Positions 9,372 through 21,512 are shown, counted from the stretch's first letter. The stretch is 64,000 nucleotides of DNA from Candidatus Levyibacteriota bacterium (GCA_016182425.1 JACPGP010000030.1:11738-75737); one strand, 5' to 3'. Numbers and translations: made by a program. The notes: a model not told the origin generated them from the letters alone.

Positions 9372-10073
9372 TTATGTTTTAAGATTTACAAATTTCATCA
9401 GCTCTGCTATACCTTCCTCATCGCCCCATGAGGCTTCTTTCCTAATCATTTTTGCTTCCTCTGTAAATCTTCTCGTAATTGGAGCAACTTCTTGAAAGGG
9501 CAATGTCATAGGATTTACTAATTTTGGATCTAATCCATATTCAAATATATCAAGACCGTTTGCTTCACCAAATTTAAATACAAGGTCTCTTGTGTCCTGT
9601 AATGAGCTATCAAATGGTTGTTTTGTAATAGGATCAAACGATGGTCCTTGATACAACATCATTCCTTCTTCATGCGCAACTATTTGAGGGGTAGTTGTAC
9701 CAGAATAGGTAGCTACAATTGCATCAGAAAATGAAGGAGCATTTGCTCCTCGTCTTTTCTCACCAAGAGGGGGATGTGTATGAAGATATAATCTTGAATG
9801 TCTCATCCTACTAAGTAGATCGGGGTCATCGCCAATATCATCCTGTGTTCCTGTTGACAATATTACTCTATTATTTTTTTCAGTTAAGGCAACTTCAAAA
9901 GGAAGTAAAAGAAGGTTTCTTATATCATCTGGTTTAATTTCTCCTAACACTTCGTGCTCATAAAAAGTCTTTTCTGGATGAAACGCTGGACGTCTAAGAA
10001 AAGCGATAATTTCTCCTATTGGTTTAGGAGCCTGAGGGTTTTCTTGTTTTCCATGATCGCCTGGTTCTAACAT
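9372..10073 (-). CDS. JAB/MPN+ (JAMM)-motif metalloprotein
   Basis: Upstream Glu (FEVAL), then YLHTHP...APSFSD (HxH...SxxD). Confidence 0.55.
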   Translation of the reverse strand: MLEPGDHGKQENPQAPKPIGEIIAFLRRPAFHPEKTFYEHEVLGEIKPDDIRNLLLLPFEVALTEKNNRVILSTGTQDDIGDDPDLLSRMRHSRLYLHTHPPLGEKRRGANAPSFSDAIVATYSGTTTPQIVAHEEGMMLYQGPSFDPITKQPFDSSLQDTRDLVFKFGEANGLDIFEYGLDPKLVNPMTLPFQEVAPITRRFTEEAKMIRKEASWGDEEGIAELMKFVNLKT

Positions 10074-10166
10074 AGGTTAAAAGAAACAATAAAACAACTC
10101 TGTTATAGTATAACAATAATAACAGAGAAATAGAAAGAATGTTTAACAGTATTCTACTATAGGTTA

Positions 10167-10252
10167 TTGACAGACCATTTGCGTTTATGGTATACAAATA
10201 AAGCTCTCATCAAGAAAAAAATAGGAGGGTAGCTTACCCAGCTGCTTTTTTT
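10167..10252 (+). promoter_or_regulatory. rpoB promoter and leader hairpin with U-tract
   Basis: TTGACA 10167-10172, TG-n-TATACA 10188-10196; GGTAGCT/AGCTGCT stem followed by a T run. Confidence 0.55.
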
Positions 10253-10289
10253 GTTGTATTAAGAGAGAATAGGCCTGCCGGAACTTCAA

Positions 10290-13200
10290 ATGCCAAAGCA
10301 CAATACAGACGAAAATATTAGACAGAATTGGGGAAGATCGTATGCTTACCTTCCCAAACTCGACCTTCTTAATATCCAGAAAGAATCTTATAGATGGTTT
10401 ACCCAAGAAGCAATTGGCGAAATACTCAATGAAGTATCCCCGATAGATGATTTTACAGAAAAGAATTGGAGTTTACATCTGGGAGAATACCGTTTTGGTA
10501 AAACTTCCACAACTCCGCAGGTAGCACTTATTAAAGGAACAACATTTGACTCACCGTTGTATGTCAAAGCCACCCTCACCAATAAAAAGACCGGCAAAAG
10601 CCAAACGCAAGAAGTGTTTTTAGGCGATATCCCCCAAATGACAGAACGAGGAACATTTATTGTTAATGGTATTGAGCGGGCTGTGGTAAATCAGCTCGTG
10701 CGATCTCCGGGCGCATTTTTTACTGCCCTCTCCGACGCGGTGACAGGGAAAACTCTCTACATGGCCGAGATACGGCCATCCCATGGCTCATGGTTGGAAT
10801 TCGTGACCACCAGGCATGATACGATTACAGTAAAAATCGACAGGAGAAGAAAATTTTTGATGAGTACATTCTTGCGGGCAATAGGCCTTTCTTCAAACGA
10901 GCAGATACAAGACAAGTTTAAGGCAGTTTCTGAATACGACAAAAATGGTTTTGTAAAAAATACTATCATCAAAGATGAAACAGCAACCGAGCAAGAGGCG
11001 CTGATGGAGATTTTCCGCAAGATGCACCCGGGAGAGCCGGTCGTTTTGGATAAAGTAAGAGAAAACTTTCGCGGGCTGTTTTTTAATAGCAGACGTTATG
11101 ATATTGGTAAGGTGGGAAGATACAAGCTTAATAAAAAGCTTAAAGAAGTTCCCGGTTTTTTTCTCTCACAGGAGCGTTCGCTTTCGGCTGATGATATTAT
11201 TGGCACGATAAGCTATCTTATTCTGCTTACCCAGGGAATGGGCAACGTTGATGATATCGACAGTCTGGCCAATAGACGCGTGCGAAGAGTGGGCGAACTG
11301 GTCGCCACCACTGCATTTCGTGTGGGAATGCTTCGTCTTGAGCGCAGCATTAAAGAACGAATGAGCCTGATTCAGCCAGACGTGCCTGTGGTTATCTCCA
11401 GTCTTATTAACGCCCGACCCATCATGGCCTCGATCAACGAATTCTTCCGGACGTCGCAACTTTCTACGATTTTGGATCAAACCAATCCGCTCTCAGAAAT
11501 CGACAATCTCAACAGGCTGACCGTGATGGGAACGGGCGGTATATCACGGGAACGGGCGTCATTTTCTATTCGAGACATCAATAGTTCTCAATACAGTAGA
11601 ATTTGTCCGATTCGCTCTCCCGAAGGACCAAACATCGGCTTGGTAACCTACGTGGCGTCGTATGCCCGGGTCAACGAGTACGGGTTTTTGGAGGCTCCGT
11701 ACAGAAAAATTATTACCCAGATAAAAGGCGACAAAAAAGTGATAAAAGCCACAGATGAAATTGTCTACTTGGATGCCGAAGACGAGCGAAAATATTATAT
11801 AACACATGCGATGGCGGTTGATGAGCATGGTTATATTACCGAAAGCAGAGTCCCCGCGCGTTACAATGGCGAATTTTTAGAGGTCGATAAAGAGAAAATA
11901 AATTATGTGGATGTGATATCTCGTCAGGTGGTAGGCAGTGCTGCCTCGCTTATTCCTTTTGTAGCTCATGATGAGGCAAATAGGGCTTTAATGGGAACAC
12001 ACATGCAGTGTCAGGCAGTGCCGCTGGTTAAGCCACAATCACCAGTTGTTGGTACAGGCATGGAAAAAGCCGTGGCTGAAGTGATGGGGCGAGTAGTGAG
12101 GGCGCCGTTTGATGGCAGGGTAGACTTTGTTGATGCCACCAAGCTTGTTTTTGAAGGAACAAGGGGACAGAAAGCCACATTTATGATTGATTCATTTAAG
12201 CGAACAGCCCAGGCCACATCATACACACAAAAAGCCCGGGTGGAGAGTGGAGATAGGGTAAAATCTGGTCAGGTACTTATTGATGGGCCGGCAGCAGACG
12301 CGGGAGAGCTGGCCCTTGGGCAAAACTTGCTTATTGCCTATTGTTCGCTCGACGGGCTGGGATACGAGGATGCTATTGTTATTTCTGACCGCTTAGTGAA
12401 ACAGGATGTTCTTTCCTCCATTCACATCGAAAAGTACGAAGCGTCCGTGGTGGAGACAAAACTTGGACCCGAAGAAACAACACAAGACATTCCTAACGTG
12501 TCGGAAGAAGATTTAGCGAATCTCGACGAAGACGGGATCGTGGTGGTGGGAAGCGAGGTTAGCCCGGGAGATATCTTGGTTGGGAAAATCGCGCCCAAAG
12601 GAGAAACAGAGCTGACCGCCGAAGAGCGCCTGCTTAGAGCCATCTTTGGCGAGCAAGCCAGAGAGGTGCGCGACACCAGTCTTCGCATACCCCACGGCGA
12701 GCGGGGTACTGTTATAAGCGTGCAGATACTTGATAGAAAGCATGGTGATGAGCTGGAGCCCGGGACATTGCGGAAAATTCTGGTGGAAGTGGCTCAGTTT
12801 CGTCACGTGGTGGTGGGAGACAAACTGGCCGGACGACACGGAAACAAAGGAGTTATTTCCAAGATTTTGCCACAGGGAGATATGCCTTATCTTTCGGATG
12901 GGACACCGGTTGATATTGTTATCTCTCCAATTTCAGTTCTGGCCCGTATGAACTTAGGACAGCTTTTGGAAGCGCATTTAGGCTGGGCAGCTAAAACTTT
13001 AGGGATAAAAGTGGCAGTTCCTGTCTTCGAAAATATTAGTGAAGATAAAATTGTTTCTTTACTGGAGAAATCAGGTTTGCCGATAAGCGGGAAGGCGATA
13101 CTCTATGACGGCAGAACAGGTAAACCTTACGAAAATCCGGTAGTGGTGGGTATTGAATATATTATGAAGTTAATCCATATGGTGGAGGACAAAACGCACG

Positions 13201-13646
13201 CCCGTTCCACCGGTCCATATTCTCTTGTTACTCAGCAGCCGCTTGGTGGAAAGGCTCAGATGGGAGGACAGCGCTTAGGAGAAATGGAAGTGTGGGCTCT
13301 TGAGGCTCATCGGGCGCGTTACACTCTGCAGGAAATGCTTACCATAAAATCAGACGATATTGTAGGCCGCGCCAAAGCCTTTGAGGCAATTGTTAAAGGG
13401 GTTGATATTCCCACACCGAAGGTTCCGGAATCATTTAAGGTTCTTATTAAAGAACTTCAGGCACTGGCGCTTAACGTGGTGCCGATTGGAGTAATGGTGC
13501 AAAGCCATCAATTGCCACCAGCAGTTGATCAAAAAGTTGAGCAAGAAGCAAAAGAATTACAAGAAACATTAGGCGGAGAGGTCAAAGCAGATGTTGAGGA
13601 AGAGACAGGGATTCATGTCGCGGTAGCGGAGAAAGGGCAAGCATGA
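10290..13646 (+). CDS. rpoB: RNA polymerase beta subunit
   Basis: GTFIVNGIER, SPEGPNIGL, GDKLAGRHGNKG, GGQRLGEME. Confidence 0.99.
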   Translation: MPKHNTDENIRQNWGRSYAYLPKLDLLNIQKESYRWFTQEAIGEILNEVSPIDDFTEKNWSLHLGEYRFGKTSTTPQVALIKGTTFDSPLYVKATLTNKKTGKSQTQEVFLGDIPQMTERGTFIVNGIERAVVNQLVRSPGAFFTALSDAVTGKTLYMAEIRPSHGSWLEFVTTRHDTITVKIDRRRKFLMSTFLRAIGLSSNEQIQDKFKAVSEYDKNGFVKNTIIKDETATEQEALMEIFRKMHPGEPVVLDKVRENFRGLFFNSRRYDIGKVGRYKLNKKLKEVPGFFLSQERSLSADDIIGTISYLILLTQGMGNVDDIDSLANRRVRRVGELVATTAFRVGMLRLERSIKERMSLIQPDVPVVISSLINARPIMASINEFFRTSQLSTILDQTNPLSEIDNLNRLTVMGTGGISRERASFSIRDINSSQYSRICPIRSPEGPNIGLVTYVASYARVNEYGFLEAPYRKIITQIKGDKKVIKATDEIVYLDAEDERKYYITHAMAVDEHGYITESRVPARYNGEFLEVDKEKINYVDVISRQVVGSAASLIPFVAHDEANRALMGTHMQCQAVPLVKPQSPVVGTGMEKAVAEVMGRVVRAPFDGRVDFVDATKLVFEGTRGQKATFMIDSFKRTAQATSYTQKARVESGDRVKSGQVLIDGPAADAGELALGQNLLIAYCSLDGLGYEDAIVISDRLVKQDVLSSIHIEKYEASVVETKLGPEETTQDIPNVSEEDLANLDEDGIVVVGSEVSPGDILVGKIAPKGETELTAEERLLRAIFGEQAREVRDTSLRIPHGERGTVISVQILDRKHGDELEPGTLRKILVEVAQFRHVVVGDKLAGRHGNKGVISKILPQGDMPYLSDGTPVDIVISPISVLARMNLGQLLEAHLGWAAKTLGIKVAVPVFENISEDKIVSLLEKSGLPISGKAILYDGRTGKPYENPVVVGIEYIMKLIHMVEDKTHARSTGPYSLVTQQPLGGKAQMGGQRLGEMEVWALEAHRARYTLQEMLTIKSDDIVGRAKAFEAIVKGVDIPTPKVPESFKVLIKELQALALNVVPIGVMVQSHQLPPAVDQKVEQEAKELQETLGGEVKADVEEETGIHVAVAEKGQA

Positions 13647-16600
13647 TAATAGATAAGAAAATAAAAGATCAAACCATTGTTGATTTTAAGTCGCTGAAGA
13701 TTCTTTTGGCGAATAAAAACGATATTATTTCATGGTCGTACGGAGAAGTAATAAAGCCAGAAACAATCAACTATCGCACGCTGCGGCCGGAAAAAGACGG
13801 ACTCTTTGACGAGCGGATTTTTGGTCCAACTAAAGATTGGGAGTGTTACTGTGGCAAATATAAGCGAATTCGCTACAAAGGGATTGTTTGCGACAAATGC
13901 GGTGTAGAGGTTACCTTGTCTAGGGTACGTCGCGAGAGAACAGGGCATATTTCTCTGGCCTGTCCGGTTGGGCATGTTTGGTTCTTTAAAGGTCCTTCTT
14001 CCCCCCTTTCTCTTATTTTAGATATTCCACAAAAGAGTCTGGAATCAGTCATTTACTACGCGTCGTATCTGATCATTCATATAGACGATAAGAAAAAAGA
14101 AGAAGCACTTAGCAAATTTGCCAAGATGATGGAAGAGCGGGGAGCAAAAGCGAAAAAAGATATGCAAGAGCAAGTAAAAAGCATCGAGGAGGAGACGGAA
14201 GAGAAAAAGAAAGAGACAAAAGGAAAAAAGACTATTCCCGAACAACGGGAACTGATTGTATCCGAGCTGGAGCTGATCAAGAGGCAAAAGATTGCCGCGC
14301 TTAAAAAACAGTTCGAGGAGGAAAGCGCTAAGCTAACAGAGTTTTCAGATGCTTTGACCAAGCTCCTGAAAAGTTTAAGAGTGGGGAGCGTTTTGTCTGA
14401 GGATGAGTACTTTAAGTTTCTTGAGTATGATATTCCCGTCTTTTTTACGATCCAAACGGGAGCAGAGGGACTCCACTCGCTTTTGGGGAAAATAGATCTT
14501 ATCAAACTTATTGCTGTACTTCGTGAAGAAGCCGAAAAATCAACAGGAGCTAAGTACTTAAAAGTTATTAAAAGACTGCGGCTTATCGAGTCAATGCGAA
14601 ACGCTCAGGTGGCGCCACAGGCTATGATTATGACCGTGCTTCCTGTTATTCCGCCAGATCTTCGCCCAATGGTTCAACTGGTGGGAGGACGTTTTGCCAC
14701 CTCCGACTTAAACGATCTCTACAGAAGAATTATTAATCGAAACAGCCGTCTTAAGCATCTGATGCTTTTGGGAGCGCCAGAGATCATTTTGCGAAACGAA
14801 AAACGGATGCTGCAGGAGTCTGTAGATTCGCTAATAGACGCATCGCAGCGAAATCAAATAATTTCCGCGCCGCTTCGTTCGCTTTCTGACATGCTGCGGG
14901 GCAAACAGGGAAGATTCCGGCAAAACCTGCTGGGGAAAAGGGTTGATTACTCTGGGCGGTCGGTTATTGTGGTTGGTCCTCAGCTTAAACTATCACAGTG
15001 CGGGTTGCCAAAAGAAATGGCGCTGGAGATGTTTAAGCCGTTTGTGTTACGGGAGGTTATTGTGAGGAATCTGGCTCCCAACATCAAGTCTGCCAAGCGG
15101 TATATCGAAAAGAGGCCGCCGCAGATCTTCGATATTTTGGAGGAAATAACCAAAGATCACCCGGTGTTGCTTAATCGGGCTCCCACTCTGCATAAACTTG
15201 GTATCCAGGCTTTCTATCCGGTACTGATTGAGGGCGCTGCTATTCAGCTGCATCCTTGCGTTTGCGCAGGGTATAACGCGGATTTTGACGGAGATCAAAT
15301 GGCAGTACACATACCGCTTTCCAAAAGGGCCCAACAAGAAGCAGCAAAGCTGATGATGTCCAGCAATAATCTTCTCAAGCCGGCAGACGGCAGCCCGATT
15401 ACCCTACCAAATAAAGAGATGGCTGTAGGAATATTCTATCTGACTTCTTTGGACGAAACACTGCGCAAAGATGTTTTACCGACATTTTCCGAAATAAACG
15501 AAGCAATACTTGCCTACTCGCTGGAGAAAATACGGCTTAGAGAACCAATTAATGTGCGCATGTCAACTGGGAAGAGAACAGAAATTGTGGAAACAACAAT
15601 CGGTAGACTTCTCTTTTACGAGCAACTGCCCAAGACAATTGGATTTATCAACGAAGCAGTAAAAGCATCGGGGATAAACAGAATTATCCGCCAGGCGTCA
15701 GCGCAATGCGCGCCCGAGGAAACGGCGGATTTAATAGATGCCATAAAGAATCTTGGATTTATCGCGGTCACACTTTCTGGTATTTCTGTTTCGGTTTTCG
15801 ATAACCAGATGGTGCAAGACAAAGACAGACTGATTGCGCAAGCAGAGAAAAAGATATCAGAAACAGAGCAGGAGTATCAGAAAGGACTTATTACCATGGA
15901 AGAGAAAAAACGAATCTCCAACGATGTGTGGCTAAAGACTACCGATAAAATAGCTGACCTAACCTGGAACAGCTTGCAATCGACTAATATGATTAAAACC
16001 ATTATCGACTCAGAAGGCGCCAGGGCGGGGAAAGAGCAATTAAAGCAGTTATCCGCGATGAGAGGATTAATTTTAGACCCGCTGGGCAAAATTGTAGAGC
16101 TTCCTATTAAATCAAATTTCCGTGGTGGGCTGTCTATTTTTGAGTATGTTGCTTCTGCCCGTGGTTCTAGAAAGGGATTGACTGATTCGGCTCTAAAAAC
16201 AGCCAACGCCGGATATCTGACGCGAAGACTGGTGGACGTAGCTCACGATGTGATCGTGCGGGAAGAAGATTGCGGGGCAACCGAGGGAATCCTTATTTCA
16301 GACAGCGATAATAGAACGGCTTCGTTTGCAATACGTATAGTAGGTAGAACCGCGGCTAAAGGTGTGGTATCAAAGAAAACCAGAAAGATGCTTTTGGAAT
16401 CTGGGGAAGAAATAACAGAAGAGAAAGCAGCTTTACTTATTAAAAACGACATCCATGAAGTGGTGGTTTGCTCGGCTCTTCATTGCAAACTGGTTTACGG
16501 TGTGTGTGCGCGTTGCTATGGATGGGATTTTGCCAGGAGAAATAAAGTTGAGCTGGGCGTGCCGGTAGGTATTATTGCCGCTCAATCGATTGGAGAACCG

Positions 16601-17383
16601 GGAACTCAACTGACAATGCGGGTTCGTCATTTCGGAGGTGTGGTCATGTCGGATGTGACACAAGGACTGCCCAGGGTAGAAGAGCTTTTTGAAATGCGAA
16701 CGCCCAAGAATTTTTCTCCCATCTCTGAAATTACCGGGAAAATTACTATTGAAACAAGAGAGGACGGATATGTTATTAAAGTAAGAAACGTGCGCATCAA
16801 GCCGGTGGAGGAAAAAGAGTACTTTGTGCCATTGGCGGCAAATCTTCTTGTTTCCGATAATGAAGAGGTTATTGCCGGAACACCATTTGCCCAAGGATAT
16901 CTAGATCCAAAAGAGGTGCTCAAAGTGAAGGGGCTTACCTACACGCAGCGTCACATTATTGATGAGGCTCAAAAGGTATACGAATCTCAGGGCATTACCA
17001 TTGATGATAAACACTTTGAGGTAATTTTGCGCAAGATGTCAGACAAAATAATAGCTGAAACAATCGGAGATACCTCGTTTGTGCCGGGCGATTTTGTTAC
17101 TAAGACGCGATTTGAGGAAGTAAACGCTGAAGTAATTGCTCAGGGTGGAGAGCCGGCTACAGGAAGAAGAGTAATTTTGGGCGTTACGAAAGCATCGCTT
17201 TTTTCTGACTCGTGGCTTTCTGCAGCATCGTTTCAGGAAACCACTAAGGTGCTTACAGAAGCGGCGCTTGAGGGAAGGGAAGATAAGCTTTTAGGAATGA
17301 AGGAAAATGTTATTATCGGGCGTCTTATTCCTGTTGACTCCGAGAAAGTTGAAGTTGAAGGCCCGCCTCCTGTTGAGGTATAA
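13643..17383 (+). CDS. rpoC: RNA polymerase beta' subunit
   Basis: Zn-finger CYCGKYK...[22 protein letters not shown]. Confidence 0.99.
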   Translation: MIIDKKIKDQTIVDFKSLKILLANKNDIISWSYGEVIKPETINYRTLRPEKDGLFDERIFGPTKDWECYCGKYKRIRYKGIVCDKCGVEVTLSRVRRERTGHISLACPVGHVWFFKGPSSPLSLILDIPQKSLESVIYYASYLIIHIDDKKKEEALSKFAKMMEERGAKAKKDMQEQVKSIEEETEEKKKETKGKKTIPEQRELIVSELELIKRQKIAALKKQFEEESAKLTEFSDALTKLLKSLRVGSVLSEDEYFKFLEYDIPVFFTIQTGAEGLHSLLGKIDLIKLIAVLREEAEKSTGAKYLKVIKRLRLIESMRNAQVAPQAMIMTVLPVIPPDLRPMVQLVGGRFATSDLNDLYRRIINRNSRLKHLMLLGAPEIILRNEKRMLQESVDSLIDASQRNQIISAPLRSLSDMLRGKQGRFRQNLLGKRVDYSGRSVIVVGPQLKLSQCGLPKEMALEMFKPFVLREVIVRNLAPNIKSAKRYIEKRPPQIFDILEEITKDHPVLLNRAPTLHKLGIQAFYPVLIEGAAIQLHPCVCAGYNADFDGDQMAVHIPLSKRAQQEAAKLMMSSNNLLKPADGSPITLPNKEMAVGIFYLTSLDETLRKDVLPTFSEINEAILAYSLEKIRLREPINVRMSTGKRTEIVETTIGRLLFYEQLPKTIGFINEAVKASGINRIIRQASAQCAPEETADLIDAIKNLGFIAVTLSGISVSVFDNQMVQDKDRLIAQAEKKISETEQEYQKGLITMEEKKRISNDVWLKTTDKIADLTWNSLQSTNMIKTIIDSEGARAGKEQLKQLSAMRGLILDPLGKIVELPIKSNFRGGLSIFEYVASARGSRKGLTDSALKTANAGYLTRRLVDVAHDVIVREEDCGATEGILISDSDNRTASFAIRIVGRTAAKGVVSKKTRKMLLESGEEITEEKAALLIKNDIHEVVVCSALHCKLVYGVCARCYGWDFARRNKVELGVPVGIIAAQSIGEPGTQLTMRVRHFGGVVMSDVTQGLPRVEELFEMRTPKNFSPISEITGKITIETREDGYVIKVRNVRIKPVEEKEYFVPLAANLLVSDNEEVIAGTPFAQGYLDPKEVLKVKGLTYTQRHIIDEAQKVYESQGITIDDKHFEVILRKMSDKIIAETIGDTSFVPGDFVTKTRFEEVNAEVIAQGGEPATGRRVILGVTKASLFSDSWLSAASFQETTKVLTEAALEGREDKLLGMKENVIIGRLIPVDSEKVEVEGPPPVEV

Positions 17384-17393
17384 TACATATTCT

Positions 17394-17873
17394 ATGCCGA
17401 CATTATCACAGCTTGCCAAAAGAGGAAGAAAGAAAAAAGGGAAAAAAACCCGTTCCACCGCTTTGCGGCGCTTGTACAATGCTAAAGAGCGTAAATATAA
17501 AGCAATACTTTCGCCTCAAAAACGAGGGGTGGTAACTTTAGTTAAAACAATGACCCCAAAGAAACCAAACTCAGCTCTAAGAAAAGTAGCTAGAGTCAAG
17601 CTTTCAAATAGAATGGAGGTTACAGCCTACATTCAGGGGATAGGCCACTCGCTCTCAGAGCACGGCATTGTGCTGGTTCGTGGGGGCAGAGTTAAGGATC
17701 TTCCAGGAGTAAAATATCACATTGTGCGGGGAAAGTTTGACCTTTTGGGCGTGGAGAGTAGAAAAAGATCAAGAAGCAAATACGGGACAAAACGGGGAGG
17801 AGGCGGGCCATCGCCCAAGGTGGTAGCCGGAACGGCTGCCTCCCCAAACGTGGCCGTACCAGCAGCCCCTTAA
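17394..17873 (+). CDS. rpsL: 30S protein S12 with C-terminal Gly/Ala/Pro tail
   Basis: MPTLSQL start, [18 protein letters not shown]. Confidence 0.98.
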   Translation: MPTLSQLAKRGRKKKGKKTRSTALRRLYNAKERKYKAILSPQKRGVVTLVKTMTPKKPNSALRKVARVKLSNRMEVTAYIQGIGHSLSEHGIVLVRGGRVKDLPGVKYHIVRGKFDLLGVESRKRSRSKYGTKRGGGGPSPKVVAGTAASPNVAVPAAP

Positions 17874-17876
17874 CTT

Positions 17877-18350
17877 ATGAGGCATAAAAAGACAGAAAAA
17901 CGGGAAATATCTTTAGATCCGATATATAAGAATCGTTTGGTGGCAAAATTTGTCAATCGAATAATGCGGGATGGCAAGAAAGCAGTGGCAGAAAAAACCT
18001 TTTACCAAGCGCTTACTTTAATCGAAGGAAAGGGGCATAGTCCGCTGGATGTGTTTGAAAAAGCCCTGCAAATAGTTGCCCCTAAACAAGAGGTTAAAGC
18101 AAGGCGAGTGGGAGGAGCCAATTATCAAGTGCCCGCGGAAGTGCGAGGAGACAGAAAAGTATCGCTGGCAATTCGCTGGATAATCCAGGCCGCCAAAGAC
18201 AGACCAAGTACGCAGTTTCATACCTTCTCAGAAAAACTGGCAGCAGAACTTTTGGATGCCACCCAAAATCAAGGTGCAGCCATTAAAAAACGCGACACAG
18301 TGCATCGCATGGCCGAAGCCAACAAAGCCTTTTCCCACTTCCGTTGGTAA
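17877..18350 (+). CDS. rpsG: 30S protein S7
   Basis: RRVGGANYQVP, HRMAEANKAFSHFRW. Confidence 0.98.
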   Translation: MRHKKTEKREISLDPIYKNRLVAKFVNRIMRDGKKAVAEKTFYQALTLIEGKGHSPLDVFEKALQIVAPKQEVKARRVGGANYQVPAEVRGDRKVSLAIRWIIQAAKDRPSTQFHTFSEKLAAELLDATQNQGAAIKKRDTVHRMAEANKAFSHFRW

Positions 18351-18358
18351 AAATCTTC

Positions 18359-18387
18359 TTGACAAGTTGTACAACATCTTGTACGAT
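18359..18387 (+). promoter_or_regulatory. Promoter with TGTACA-type operator palindromes for the Phd/YefM gene
   Basis: TTGACA-17 nt-TACGAT; perfect GTTGTACAAC at 18366-18375 and imperfect TTGTACGA at 18379-18386. Confidence 0.7.
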
Positions 18388-18395
18388 ATAACCAT

Positions 18396-18638
18396 ATGAC
18401 TAATGTTGTTGCGATATCAGACGCTCGGGCGAATCTTCCAGAACTTGTAAACAAGGTACATAAAACCCTTCAGCGGTTTGTTATTACTATTAAAGGGCAG
18501 CCGAAAGCAACCTTAATCAGTGCTGAAGAACTTGAGTCTCTTGAAGAGACAGCAGAAATTCTTTCAATTCCTGGAGCAAAAGATAGTATTAAGCAGGGGT
18601 TACTGCAAGCAAAAAAAGGACAAGGGGTGTATACATAA
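18396..18638 (+). CDS. Phd/YefM family antitoxin (no adjacent toxin)
   Basis: ISDARANLPELVNKV...FVITIKGQPKATLISAEELESLEET pattern. Confidence 0.9.
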   Translation: MTNVVAISDARANLPELVNKVHKTLQRFVITIKGQPKATLISAEELESLEETAEILSIPGAKDSIKQGLLQAKKGQGVYT

Positions 18639-18650
18639 TCTTGTTGAGAA

Positions 18651-19283
18651 TTATTCAACAGTTATTCCGAGGATCTTATCATTGATTTCGAGTTTTTGGA
18701 CAACATCCATGCCTTTTTTCACAATGCCAAAGTTTGTATATTGACCATTTAGCCAGACTGCTTCTTTTTTGGTAATAAAAAACTGGGCGTCGTTTTGGGT
18801 TTTGCCATCATTTCTACTTGCAGCGCCTATAGATCCAGCAACAAATGGTTTGTTGTTGAACTCAACAATCATATTGTTTCCTCCTGTACCATCTCCCCTT
18901 GGATCACCACCTTGCACTACCCAATCTTCTATTCTGTGAAAGGTAAGGTTGTTATAGAAGCCATTGGTTGATTTTGAAAGAAAATTATAGACAGTATTTG
19001 GCGCTTCCCGAGCAAAAAAAGAAAGGGTAATATCACCTTTGGTGGTTTTAATCGTTGCACTTCTTGTTGCCATATCTTCTATAATTTGCTGCGCACTAAT
19101 AGTTGCTACTGGGGGTTTTGGCGTAATTGTTGGTGTTGGTGGAATAGTTGGGGTTGGAGTTGGGACAGGTGGAGGAATGGTTGGGATAATAGTAGATGTT
19201 TTTTCCCCAGAAGAATTTGCTAAGAAAAGTACAGAGGAAAGGCCAATAGTTGCCAAAATAACAAAAAGAAAAATCTTCCCCAT
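18651..19283 (-). CDS. Membrane-anchored cyclophilin-type peptidyl-prolyl isomerase
   Basis: FYNNLTFHRIEDWVVQGGDP, QFFIT, WLNGQYTNFG; N-terminal TM and Pro/Thr linker; start at MGKIF, TGCTACAAT 9 nt upstream. Confidence 0.9.
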   Translation of the reverse strand: MGKIFLFVILATIGLSSVLFLANSSGEKTSTIIPTIPPPVPTPTPTIPPTPTITPKPPVATISAQQIIEDMATRSATIKTTKGDITLSFFAREAPNTVYNFLSKSTNGFYNNLTFHRIEDWVVQGGDPRGDGTGGNNMIVEFNNKPFVAGSIGAASRNDGKTQNDAQFFITKKEAVWLNGQYTNFGIVKKGMDVVQKLEINDKILGITVE

Positions 19284-19362
19284 GTGCGCCACATTGTAGC
19301 ACATAAATAAAAAGTATGGTATACTATTTTGACAAATTCGGTAGCGAATTTTTTTATTATTT

Positions 19363-21480
19363 ATGGCTGACGAAAAATCAAGACTTACAGAATTAGATAA
19401 AATTAGAAACATCGGTATTATTGCTCACATTGATGCTGGAAAAACCACCACCACCGAGCGCATTTTGTACTACACAGGCAAGACCTACAAAATCGGCGAC
19501 ATTGACGAAGGAAATACTCAAATGGACTGGATGGAACAAGAGCGAGAGCGCGGTATTACTATTGTTTCTGCAGCTACAACCGCATTTTGGAAAGATTACA
19601 GAATCAATATTATCGATACTCCAGGACATGTTGATTTTACAGCAGAGGTTGAACGTTCGCTTCGAGTTTTGGATGGCGGCATCACAGTTTTAGATGCAGA
19701 AGAAGGTGTGCAGTCACAATCGGAAACTGTGTGGCGCCAAGCAGATAAATATAAAGTGCCTCGTCTTTGCTTTGTCAATAAAATGGATAAATTAGGAGCC
19801 GACTTTTTAGCAACTGTTAAAAGTATAGAAGATCGGCTTGGCGCAAACCCGGCCATTATGGTCTTACCAATTGGGCGTGAGCAAGATTTTAAGGGCATTT
19901 TTGATTTACTTACCATGAAAGCAATTGTCTGGACTGGTGAGGAACTAGGCGCAAAATTTACAGTAACTGATGATATTCCAGAGGGAATGGACGTCCAGAT
20001 TAAAGAATACAGAAACAAGCTGATTGAGAAAATTTCCGAGACCGACGATGTCTTGTTAGAAAAATATCTTTCTGGCACAGAACCAACTGTTGAAGAGCTC
20101 AAAATTGCGCTTCGGAAAGCTGTTATTGCCTATAAGCTCGTGCCAATTTTTGCAGGATCATCGCTTCGAAATAAAGGAGTACAACCGTTACTTGATGCAG
20201 TTGTTGATTATCTTCCTTCCCCTGTTGACCTTGCAGAAGTAAAGGGAATACATCCAAAAACAAATCAAGAGGAGGTAAGAAAACTTGTGCCGCAAGAACA
20301 CTTGGCAGGATTAGCATTTAAAATTCAAAATGATCCCCATGTGGGAAAACTGACGTATTTTCGAGTATATTCAGGAAAAATCGAGGCTGGATCGTATATT
20401 TATAACAGTACAAAGAATATCCGCGAACGTGTTGGCAGGCTGCTTTTAATGCATGCAAATCAAAGAGAAGAAATTAAAGAGGGATATGCCGGAGAAATTG
20501 TAGCAGTTGTTGGGTTAAAAGATACTACAACTGGAGATACCCTTTGTGATGAGGCAAAACCAATCGTTTTGGAAAAAATTTCCTTCCCAGATCCAGTTAT
20601 CTCTTTAGCAATTGAGCCAAAGACAAAGTCAGACCAAGAAAAACTTGGATATTCACTAAAGCGTTTAATGGATGAGGATCCAACCTTTCATGTCAAAACA
20701 AATCACGAGACAGGACAAACCATTATTTCTGGAGTTGGAGAGTTGCAGCTGGAGATTATGGTTGATCGGATGAAACGCGAATTTAATGTGTTGGCAAATG
20801 TTGGCGCTCCGCAAGTTGCTTACAAAGAAACAATCAGTAGAAATGCCGAAGCAGAAGGAAAGTATATTAGGCAATCCGGAGGACGGGGGCAGTATGGTCA
20901 CTGTTTCCTGCGCGTTGAACCAAAACCACGGGGTGAGGGTTTTGAATTTGTTGATGCAATTAAAGGCGGGGCGATTCCTGCCGAGTTTATTAGCTCTGTT
21001 GAAAAAGGCGTCAAAGAAACTATGGAGAATGGGATTTTGCTTGGCTATCCTATGGTTGATATGACAGTAACGCTTTACGATGGTAGTTTCCACGAAGTTG
21101 ACTCTTCTGATATTGCCTTTAAGATTGCTGCTAGTCAAGCCTTGCAGGCTGCCACCAAAAAAGCAGATATAACCCTTCTTGAGCCAATCATGAAGGTGGA
21201 GGTGACAACACCTTCTGAATTTATGGGTGATGTGATTGGTGATTTATCAGCCAAGCGGGCACAGATTTTAGGCACAGAAGAGCGGCATAAAGCAACGATT
21301 ATTTTAGCCATGGTACCACTGGCAGAACTTTCGGGTTACGCCACAACGCTGCGAAGCATGTCTCAGGGCAGAGCAAATTATTATATGGAGCCTTCCCACT
21401 ACGAAGAAGTGCCGCGAAATATTATTGCGGCCATGCTTGCTAAATCTACCTTCACCGGCCGCATCTCCGCGCAGCAATAA
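19363..21480 (+). CDS. fusA: Elongation factor G
   Basis: [27 protein letters not shown]. Confidence 0.99.
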   Translation: MADEKSRLTELDKIRNIGIIAHIDAGKTTTTERILYYTGKTYKIGDIDEGNTQMDWMEQERERGITIVSAATTAFWKDYRINIIDTPGHVDFTAEVERSLRVLDGGITVLDAEEGVQSQSETVWRQADKYKVPRLCFVNKMDKLGADFLATVKSIEDRLGANPAIMVLPIGREQDFKGIFDLLTMKAIVWTGEELGAKFTVTDDIPEGMDVQIKEYRNKLIEKISETDDVLLEKYLSGTEPTVEELKIALRKAVIAYKLVPIFAGSSLRNKGVQPLLDAVVDYLPSPVDLAEVKGIHPKTNQEEVRKLVPQEHLAGLAFKIQNDPHVGKLTYFRVYSGKIEAGSYIYNSTKNIRERVGRLLLMHANQREEIKEGYAGEIVAVVGLKDTTTGDTLCDEAKPIVLEKISFPDPVISLAIEPKTKSDQEKLGYSLKRLMDEDPTFHVKTNHETGQTIISGVGELQLEIMVDRMKREFNVLANVGAPQVAYKETISRNAEAEGKYIRQSGGRGQYGHCFLRVEPKPRGEGFEFVDAIKGGAIPAEFISSVEKGVKETMENGILLGYPMVDMTVTLYDGSFHEVDSSDIAFKIAASQALQAATKKADITLLEPIMKVEVTTPSEFMGDVIGDLSAKRAQILGTEERHKATIILAMVPLAELSGYATTLRSMSQGRANYYMEPSHYEEVPRNIIAAMLAKSTFTGRISAQQ

Positions 21481-21512
21481 TATTTGAGAGAGTCAAATGG
21501 TATAATGGGGGC

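Noticed and set aside
19108-19190. Repetitive GGTGTTGGT-like DNA
   Set aside because: It encodes a Pro/Thr linker in the PPIase; it is codon-periodic and not a CRISPR or mobile repeat
19284-19412. Long N-terminus of the PPIase ORF overlapping fusA
   Set aside because: The region holds divergent promoters; the TM-starting ATG at 19283 follows a -10 box
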